NCBI GenBank assembly: GCA_050506795.1
Contig: JBJHCF010000001.1
Span: forward strand, 250,886-314,885
Reading direction: 5' to 3'
Source: Opitutia bacterium
Lineage (GTDB): Bacteria > Verrucomicrobiota > Verrucomicrobiia > Opitutales > T3Sed10-336
Length of the DNA: 64,000 nt
Below, one piece after another: positions 57,542 to 64,000 of the stretch (its first letter is position 1; each line of letters begins with the position of its first letter). The position numbers and the translations under genes are program-made. The notes under the pieces were generated by a model. That model saw only the letters and a program-made list of their open reading frames with translations, had not been told where the DNA came from and did no database searches.

Positions 57542-58720
57542 ATGAAGACCAAGACCCGTCCGCCGTCTCTCTCGCCGTTCCAGTCCGCCGCCAAACCGAA
57601 ATACCGTTGGCGAGTCCGCTTCACCGAAAACGGGAAGCGCCGGAGCAAGCTGTTCGAACTGAAAAAGGACGCCACCGACGAACTCAACAAGCGGGAAGTG
57701 GAATTTAGGAACCTGGGGAGCCAGGTTTCCGGAATGCTCACCGACCAGTTGAAGCGGGAAGCGGTCGAAGCGAGCGAACGGCTTTCCGAGGTAAACGCCA
57801 CCATCACCGAGGCCGTCGATTATTTCTTGAACCACGTCGCCGCAAGGAAGCGGTCGAAGGACATCACCGAAGCCGTCGAGGATTGGCTGAAAGTCCGCCG
57901 AAGTGACGGAACCCGGCCGCGAACCCTGGGAAACCTGGAAAGCCGTTCCAAGCGTCTGGTGGAATCCTTCGCCGGGCGTCTGGTTGCCGAAATCACCGAG
58001 GACGACATTCATTCGTGGCTCGAAGGTATCGAGGGAACCGCACAGACCAAAAAACACCACCGGGCGGTTGCGGGCGTTTTCTTCACCTGGGCGAAGTTTA
58101 AGAAGCTGACCGACGCGAACCCGGTTTCAGGCGTACCGATTCCGAAGGTTGAGGCGACCGACCCGGAGGTTTTCACCCCGAAGCAGATGCGGGAAATGCT
58201 CAAAACGGCTTCCGAGAAGTCGCCTAAGCTGGTTGCGTATTTGGTCTTGTGCGGATTCGCCGGACTCCGGGCGGAAGAGGCGGAACGGTTGCGCTGGGAG
58301 CACATTGACTTTCACCACAAGTCAATCGACATCAGTCCTACCGTCAGCAAGACCAGGCAAGGCCGCGACGTTCCGCTTGAAGCCAACGCGAGTGAGTGGT
58401 TGAAGCCGATCCGGAAGGACCAAGGGCCAATCCTTCCCGAGCAATGGCTTTCAAGACAGGTTCTCCGGGACTTCAAGGCGGGGCTCGGATACGAATGGCC
58501 GGCGAACGGCTTGCGACATAGTTACGGGAGCTACCACCTTTACCGGGGCATGGACGCCGGGAAAACCGCAATGGCGATGGGCCACAATGGAAACCCGCAA
58601 ATGCTTTTCCGCCATTATCGAAAGAAGGTGAAGCGGACGGCCGCGCGGGAATGGTTCAGAATCAAACCGAAGGCCACCGGGGCGAAAATCATCAAAATGG
58701 AGGCCGCCGTCAATGAGTGA
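57542..58720 (+). CDS. Tyrosine recombinase/integrase
   Basis: FAGLRAEE, SKT, NGLRHSYGSY, MGH, RHY; adjacent to the tRNA fragment. Confidence 0.93.
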   Translation: MKTKTRPPSLSPFQSAAKPKYRWRVRFTENGKRRSKLFELKKDATDELNKREVEFRNLGSQVSGMLTDQLKREAVEASERLSEVNATITEAVDYFLNHVAARKRSKDITEAVEDWLKVRRSDGTRPRTLGNLESRSKRLVESFAGRLVAEITEDDIHSWLEGIEGTAQTKKHHRAVAGVFFTWAKFKKLTDANPVSGVPIPKVEATDPEVFTPKQMREMLKTASEKSPKLVAYLVLCGFAGLRAEEAERLRWEHIDFHHKSIDISPTVSKTRQGRDVPLEANASEWLKPIRKDQGPILPEQWLSRQVLRDFKAGLGYEWPANGLRHSYGSYHLYRGMDAGKTAMAMGHNGNPQMLFRHYRKKVKRTAAREWFRIKPKATGAKIIKMEAAVNE

Positions 58721-59348
58721 CAAACAACCAACCCGCCGCGACGTTGGCCTTTACGAAGGCGAAACGGAATCCTTTTCCGTCGACACCGATTCACCGGACG
58801 CACTGAAAGCCGCCTTTGAGGGGATTCGCGCTTTCATGGAAGCCGCCGCCGCCAGGGGGCAAACTTGTCCGGCCGACCCCGTGAAGGCACTGGAAGCGAT
58901 GAAAAACGAGCTTTTAGCGGACACCGCGAGGGATTCGACCATTGCCAAGGAAATCGAGGGGAAAATCCTGCTGGCCGAACGGGCGTTGAACCGTGGGGAA
59001 GCCTTCCGGGCCGGTTGGGAAATGGCCACCGCGAGGTTGCTTCTGAACGCCGCCGAAGCCGCCAGGCATGGAAAGCGGATGAACCCGAAAGCCGCCGCCA
59101 AGCGACCCCGGCCGGGACGGAAGGCGACGCCGAAGCCTTTCCAGGATGAAGCACACAAGGCGTTTCTCGCATGGAAAGCCGATGACCCTGGCGCACCCTT
59201 CGACGGAACGGGCGGTTTTCTCGAATGGATTGACGGGGACGGAAACCCGACCGCATTGACCGTGAACGAAGATGAACGGGTTTGCTTCCGGGACTTTCAA
59301 CCCGTATCCTTGCGGACGATACGGCGATGGCTGGCCGAAAAAAAATGA
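58713..59348 (+). CDS. Hypothetical protein with C-terminal HTH-like segment
   Basis: Overlaps the integrase stop; ends VSLRTIRRWL. Confidence 0.6.
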   Translation: MSDKQPTRRDVGLYEGETESFSVDTDSPDALKAAFEGIRAFMEAAAARGQTCPADPVKALEAMKNELLADTARDSTIAKEIEGKILLAERALNRGEAFRAGWEMATARLLLNAAEAARHGKRMNPKAAAKRPRPGRKATPKPFQDEAHKAFLAWKADDPGAPFDGTGGFLEWIDGDGNPTALTVNEDERVCFRDFQPVSLRTIRRWLAEKK

Positions 59349-59424
59349 CCCCGATGAAAGATTTTTTCCGCCACTTGGCCACGTAACGCGCTAAGGGGTT
59401 AGGCGGTTGCGTCATAATGGGCGC

Positions 59425-59622
59425 ATGGAAACACACACGCCGAAACTAATCACAGTAGGACAAGCCATCAAACGGCTTTCCGTTTCCCGCCGGACTCTCT
59501 ATCGGTGGCTCGACGCCAAAACAATTCCGGCCGTCCGGTTTTCGTCTAGATGCATACGGATTCCGGAGGACGCCATCGAGGAACTGATTGCAAGCCGGAC
59601 GATTCACCCCCGGGGCAAATGA
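59425..59622 (+). CDS. Excisionase/AlpA-like helix-turn-helix protein
   Basis: LITVGQAIKRLSVSRRTLYRWL..IPAVR...IRIP. Confidence 0.88.
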   Translation: METHTPKLITVGQAIKRLSVSRRTLYRWLDAKTIPAVRFSSRCIRIPEDAIEELIASRTIHPRGK

Positions 59623-60797
59623 AGATGGCCGGCACCTACCAGGGACAACCGGCCATCGAATCGAAACCTCCCGGAACTATGGCCGATGAGGCGGGCGACG
59701 TCAAGCCGAACGACGCGGGCGACCTGACACCGGAGAGCATTGCCGACACCGGAGAGACGCCGGAGCAAGTAAAGCTCGAAGCCGCCGAAACCAAGCTCGC
59801 CAAGGTGGAGGGCCGACGCTTCGACGCCGACAATCCGCCACCGGAGCCGGAGCCGACCATTTCCTTGCAAGGGACGCTTGTCGCGACGCCGGGCAACCTG
59901 GTTGTGCTGGCCGGGCAAGCCAAGTCCGCAAAATCTCACGCCATTTCCGCACTGTTGGCCGCTTCTATGGCACCCGACACCGAGGGCCGGGATTTCCTGG
60001 GATTCGCCGCACCGAACCCGGAGGGGAAGGCGGTTGTTTATCTCGACTGCGAGCAATCCGAGACGCAATTTCATAGGCTGGTTGCCGGGGCCTTGAACCG
60101 GGCCGGACTGGAAAAGCCGCCGCCATGGCTTTTCGCATACACGTTGACGGGCCTTGAGCCGGATGCAATCCGCCAGACCCTGAAAGCCGTTTGTGACGTG
60201 GCGCGGATCCGCTTCGGGGGCGTTCTTTACCTGGCCGTGGATGGCTTTGCCGATTTGATTCAATCGCCGAACGATGAAATCGCCGCTTTCGGCCTGGTTC
60301 GCGAGCTGCACGAAATGGCGCTCGACCTGGGAGCCGTCATTGTCGGGGTGATACACCATAACGCCGGGCAAGCCGAAAGCCTCAAAATGAGGGGGCACCT
60401 TGGAAGCCAGGCGGAGCGCAAAGCCGAAACCGTCCTGAGCTGCAAAAAGGACGCGGCCGGAGCCGTGACCCTGTACACCACCGCCGCGCGACATTCGCCG
60501 ATAAGCGAGGCAAACGGAAGCCGGTTCGCATGGGACGATGACGCCGGGCGCTTTGCGAGTGTCGCCAGCAAGGCGGAAGCCGTGAACGCCGAAAAAGCCG
60601 AGGAACGGCGGAAGTTGGTTCTCGATGCTTTTCTGGACAAGCCGGGGCTGAGTCATGGCGAACTTGTGGAGCGAATCTGTGAACTCGAAGCCGTCAGCGA
60701 AAGAACCGCTAAACGGCGAATAAGCGAGTTGCGGGCCGGGGGATTTGTGGAGGTTGCGACCGTCACCGGACGTTATCACAAGGGAGGGGCGTCATGA
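59619..60797 (+). CDS. AAA_25/RepA-like (SF4-type) helicase with C-terminal HTH
   Basis: Walker A GQAKSAKS, YLDCEQ, Walker B LAVDG, VIHHN, RGHLGS; ATGA-coupled to xis. Confidence 0.85.
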   Translation: MKMAGTYQGQPAIESKPPGTMADEAGDVKPNDAGDLTPESIADTGETPEQVKLEAAETKLAKVEGRRFDADNPPPEPEPTISLQGTLVATPGNLVVLAGQAKSAKSHAISALLAASMAPDTEGRDFLGFAAPNPEGKAVVYLDCEQSETQFHRLVAGALNRAGLEKPPPWLFAYTLTGLEPDAIRQTLKAVCDVARIRFGGVLYLAVDGFADLIQSPNDEIAAFGLVRELHEMALDLGAVIVGVIHHNAGQAESLKMRGHLGSQAERKAETVLSCKKDAAGAVTLYTTAARHSPISEANGSRFAWDDDAGRFASVASKAEAVNAEKAEERRKLVLDAFLDKPGLSHGELVERICELEAVSERTAKRRISELRAGGFVEVATVTGRYHKGGAS

Positions 60798-60803
60798 AAT
60801 TTT

Positions 60804-61058
60804 GGGGACAAAAAGGCCGTGTCACCAAGGGGGTTTCCAGAGGGGGCCGTGTCCCCTGTTTTTTGGGCGTCAAAGGACTGTTTGGTGTCACCAGGGCCGA
60901 AACGCTTCCGGGCCGCATTCTTATGCGGAATTCTGGAGTTTGGGGACAAGGGGACAAAGTGGGGACAAAGTGGGGACACGACACCGCCGGGGGACGTGGA
61001 GGGGACAAGGGGACACGGCCTTTATATAAGAAGGCCGTGACCCTTGCACCGTGTCCCC
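60804..61058. repeat. GGGGACA iteron cluster, candidate replication origin
   Basis: 7 forward and 2 inverted GGGGACA copies; palindrome CACGGCCTT-TATATAAG-AAGGCCGTG at 61014-61039. Confidence 0.75.
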
Positions 61059-61089
61059 TACCCGAACCTGTCACCTGGAGGGAGAAACC

Positions 61090-62163
61090 GTGAACGACTT
61101 TGCCGCCATTGCCGCCGCCGCACTTTCGAACGCCGATTCACTGGTTGCCGAATGGTTGCCGGACGGACGCCGGCGGGGGAACGAATGGGTGGCCAGGAAC
61201 CCGACCAGGGCCGACGGAAAGCCGGGAAGCTTTTCCGTGAATCTCACAAGCGGGAAGTGGGCCGATTTTGCCACCGGGGATCGGGGCGGCGACCTGGTTT
61301 CGCTTCGAGCGTACCTGGACGGGAGCAATCAGGGGGACGCGCTCAAAGCCGTATCCGCCGACCTGGGACTCACCGGAGGCCGTAGGAATGGCCGCAAGCC
61401 TTTCCGAGGGCAAGCACTAGCACCCGCACCCGAAACGCAGCCAGAGCAGCAACGCACAACGCCAGGGACGCCACCAGAGACCTTCACACACCCGACCCTT
61501 GCCGAGCCGTCTGCAAAGTGGGCTTACAGGAACGCGGCCGGCGACGTGGTGGGCTTCGCTTGCCGCTTCGACCTACCGACCGGAAAGCAGGTTTTGCCTT
61601 TCGCATGGACGGGCGAATCTTGGGAGTGGCGAGCGATGCCGGAGCCGCGACCTTTGTTTAATTTGCCGGAGATTCTGAGCAAACCGGAGGCCGTGGTCCT
61701 GGTTGTCGAAGGCGAAAAGACCGCGACCGCCGCCGCCTATATCCTGCCGGACGTAGTGGCGACGACCTGGGCCGGAGGTTGCAAAGCCTGGAAGAAAACG
61801 AACTGGACACCGTTGCAGGGCCGCAAGGTGATTCTGTGGCCGGACGCCGACGAACCGGGCCGGGCGACTATGGCAGCCGTTGCCGGGCACTTACTCGAAA
61901 TCGGAGCCGCCGCCGTGAAGCTGGTGGAGATTGCCGAAACCTTCCCGCCGGGCTGGGACGCAGCCGACGCCGTATCGGAAGGATGGACACGGGCCGAGGT
62001 GTTGGCGCTTCTCGCCGGGAGGGCCGCACCCGAAGGGCTTTGCGTCTTGTGCTGGCGGGAGCGTATCGCCGCACCGATAGGCGGGCCTACGTGCCGACAC
62101 TCGAACTTTCAATGGCCGAAATGGACACCCGAACAAATCGAAATGGAGGGGATGACGCCATGA
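61090..62163 (+). CDS. Toprim-domain primase (DUF6371-like)
   Basis: N-terminal NPTRAD..SFSVN..GKWADFATGDRGGDLV; Toprim VVEGEKTA, WPDADEPG, GWDAAD; GTG start with GGAG. Confidence 0.85.
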   Translation: MNDFAAIAAAALSNADSLVAEWLPDGRRRGNEWVARNPTRADGKPGSFSVNLTSGKWADFATGDRGGDLVSLRAYLDGSNQGDALKAVSADLGLTGGRRNGRKPFRGQALAPAPETQPEQQRTTPGTPPETFTHPTLAEPSAKWAYRNAAGDVVGFACRFDLPTGKQVLPFAWTGESWEWRAMPEPRPLFNLPEILSKPEAVVLVVEGEKTATAAAYILPDVVATTWAGGCKAWKKTNWTPLQGRKVILWPDADEPGRATMAAVAGHLLEIGAAAVKLVEIAETFPPGWDAADAVSEGWTRAEVLALLAGRAAPEGLCVLCWRERIAAPIGGPTCRHSNFQWPKWTPEQIEMEGMTP

Positions 62164-62372
62164 GCAGACGATTCCACAACAACGTCACCCGGGACGCATT
62201 TGAACGACGTTGCGCGAGGTTGGAGAGCTTCGGGCAAAGACTGGAAGCCAAGCGAGCAATCAGGTTCGCCAAACTCTGCGAGCGTTCCAGGGAGCTGATT
62301 CAATGGGGCGTCGATCAGGGCCTTTTGCAGTATCCACAGAACAACAACCACACAACGAAAGGGAACCGATGA
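62160..62372 (+). CDS. Small hypothetical protein
   Basis: ATGA-coupled at both ends; MSRRFHNNV... Confidence 0.55.
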   Translation: MSRRFHNNVTRDAFERRCARLESFGQRLEAKRAIRFAKLCERSRELIQWGVDQGLLQYPQNNNHTTKGNR

Positions 62373-62680
62373 GGAACGATAGGACTGAACAAGCAGCAAA
62401 CATCATGGCCGACGCCGACAAAGCTGGCGTGAAAATCGCACTCGACCGAAACGGGGAAATCCTGTTCACCGGGGATGCGTCCTTGCGCGAACAATTCAAA
62501 CGCCGTATCGAGAACCGGGAGCGAGAGATTGCCACACTGATATTGCGTGGCGCTGTCATCTGCCGGACGAAACAGGGCCTACTCGATACCGTCGACGTAT
62601 CGGCGATGTGGATGGACGCGAAGGCCATTACCGAAGGCGACGAAGGCAAGCGCAACACGCCACCGGGATCGGCGTCATGA
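62369..62680 (+). CDS. Small hypothetical protein (TubC N-terminal-like)
   Basis: ATGA-coupled; AANIMADADKAGVKIALDRNGEILF. Confidence 0.55.
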   Translation: MRNDRTEQAANIMADADKAGVKIALDRNGEILFTGDASLREQFKRRIENREREIATLILRGAVICRTKQGLLDTVDVSAMWMDAKAITEGDEGKRNTPPGSAS

Positions 62681-62796
62681 GGGAGGGGGGCATGCTTCCG
62701 CGCGGTTCCCCCTGAGACCTACCTTTTTCAGCCGTTTACCCAACCTGAGCCGTTTATCTACATTTCAAACTTTTCTGAAACTTCAACACCGAAGCC

Positions 62797-63261
62797 ATGA
62801 GCCGACCAAAACTTGAGACACTTACCGTCACCGACCTGATGCGGATTTTCAGCCTTTCCCGGCAACGTATCCGAAAGGCTTTGACGAAACTTCAACCGAA
62901 ATCCGTCCGGGGCGATGTTCCTCGGTATGATGCCGCGAAAGCAATCCAGGCGGTTGCGAAATCCGACGAGACACCGCAAGAGCGTACGGAGCGGGCGCGA
63001 TGCGACTTGCTGGAACACCAGAACAGGCGGATTTCGGCGCAATCCCTGGACCGGGAAGCCGTCGAAACGGTCTGGATGGAAAAGCTTCGCCGCCTGGTTT
63101 CGGTCGTCAAAACGACGAAGCTTCCCCTACGCGACCGGGACCGGGAGCGACTGGTGACGCAACTGGAAAACGAGATTCAGCGAATCCCGCAGGACGTCGA
63201 ACACTGTATGTTTCCTGAGGGCGATGAAAGTATCGAGGAACCCGATACAAATCACAGTTGA
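62797..63261 (+). CDS. Terminase small subunit-like protein (lambda Nu1-type)
   Basis: N-terminal winged HTH LTVTDLMRIFSLSRQRI..YDAAKAI, then coiled coil ERARCDLLEHQN..LDREAVE..W. Confidence 0.65.
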   Translation: MSRPKLETLTVTDLMRIFSLSRQRIRKALTKLQPKSVRGDVPRYDAAKAIQAVAKSDETPQERTERARCDLLEHQNRRISAQSLDREAVETVWMEKLRRLVSVVKTTKLPLRDRDRERLVTQLENEIQRIPQDVEHCMFPEGDESIEEPDTNHS

Positions 63262-63322
63262 CAACGGACCGGCGCGTATTCATATATTCGTGACATAGGC
63301 GACCCGCCAGTCGCCACCGCCC

Positions 63323-64000
63323 ATGAAGCACAAGCACCAAACACGACACCTTACCGCGACCGTCACCAGGAGCCGCGAGGAAAATCTGACCGTAGAAGTT
63401 TCCTTTTCCAGCGAGACACCGATTGAACGGTCCGATGGCGTATTTGAAATCTTGTCGCACGATCCGTCCGCCGTCGACCTGAACAGGTTGAACTCCGGGG
63501 CCGCACAGGTATTGCTCGATCACGACCGGGGGAAGATTGTCGGGCGGGTGCTGCGGGCATGGGTGGACGGCACCAAGCGCAAGGGCAAGGCGCTCCTCAA
63601 GTTTGCGAGTTCGGGCCAATCCCGGGAAATATTTGACGCGATCAAAGACGGGGTCATCACCGCGTTTTCCGTGGGCTATCGGATTCTCGATGGCCGCCGC
63701 GATGGGAGCCGGTTTACCGCGACTTCATGGGAGCCCCTGGAAATTTCAATCACTGGAGTTCCGGCCGATATTACTGTCGGCGCGGGACGATCTTTTTCAC
63801 CGCCAACTAAACATTACCGAAGGAATACCATGAACGACACACTCGAATTGAAGCGCCTGGAAAGTATCCAAGACGCACTTACGCTTATCAACAAGCGCAA
63901 ACTCCATATCCCGGACGACGCACTTACCCGGGCAAAATCCGAATCCTGGGACGGGAATCAACTCGCTAAATACGTCTTGGGCAATCAACCCGATCACGGC
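63323..64000 (+). CDS. HK97-type prohead protease, probably fused to the major capsid protein (3' end outside window; absent from ORF track)
   Basis: My translation: TVEVSFSSETP, EILSH, VDLNRLN, LLDHD..IVG, IKDG..FSVGY, WEPLEISITGVPAD..VGAGRS; no stop before 64000. Confidence 0.88.
   Translation, partial: MKHKHQTRHLTATVTRSREENLTVEVSFSSETPIERSDGVFEILSHDPSAVDLNRLNSGAAQVLLDHDRGKIVGRVLRAWVDGTKRKGKALLKFASSGQSREIFDAIKDGVITAFSVGYRILDGRRDGSRFTATSWEPLEISITGVPADITVGAGRSFSPPTKHYRRNTMNDTLELKRLESIQDALTLINKRKLHIPDDALTRAKSESWDGNQLAKYVLGNQPDHG

Larger units (their letters stand above)
57387..64000 (+). mobile_element. PICI-like phage satellite or reduced prophage integrated in tRNA-Ser; continues beyond the window
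   Basis: att fragment followed by co-oriented integrase, xis, helicase, iterons, primase, terS-like and prohead protease genes. Confidence 0.8.

Noticed and set aside
60794..61093. 99-aa ORF between helicase and primase
   Set aside because: Peptide is dictated by the GGGGACA repeats; ATGA coupling means translation cannot be excluded, but the DNA role is better supported
62681..62790. Possible cos/packaging site upstream of terS (GGGAGGGGGG...TTCCCCCT)
   Set aside because: Position is suggestive but there is no clear match to a known cos sequence

Overview
GC-rich bacterial DNA, most likely Verrucomicrobiota (Opitutae-like). This is inferred from PEP-CTERM proteins, prepilin/H-X9-DG proteins, expanded LacI paralogues and autotransporter beta-strand repeat proteins. 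Bases 1-57229 are mostly a glycan-foraging region: GH16, GH115, GH120, GH92, two GxGYxYP proteins, uncharacterised beta-helix, propeller and TIM-barrel proteins, three LacI regulators, two PEP-CTERM and two pilin-like genes. A few housekeeping-type genes are interspersed (DAHP synthase end, mutM, uxuA-like, DASS transporter). A 7-gene catabolic operon of unknown substrate (20870-28731) ends in an enolase with altered active-site residues. A 15-bp operator-like motif seen four times links this operon to a secreted 961-aa protein and a LacI gene. Five secreted proteins share a C-terminal 'Y...W...RF(F/L)R' domain that appears interchangeable with PEP-CTERM. Other items are an AT-rich foreign island, a 264-bp IS4-like MITE with a 10-bp target duplication, and several gene remnants. 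From about 57387 to the window end lies a PICI-like phage satellite integrated in tRNA-Ser(TGA): integrase, excisionase, helicase, iteron origin, primase, Nu1-like terminase small subunit and a protease(-capsid) ORF absent from the supplied ORF track. All family calls come from reading motifs by eye; no database searches were run.
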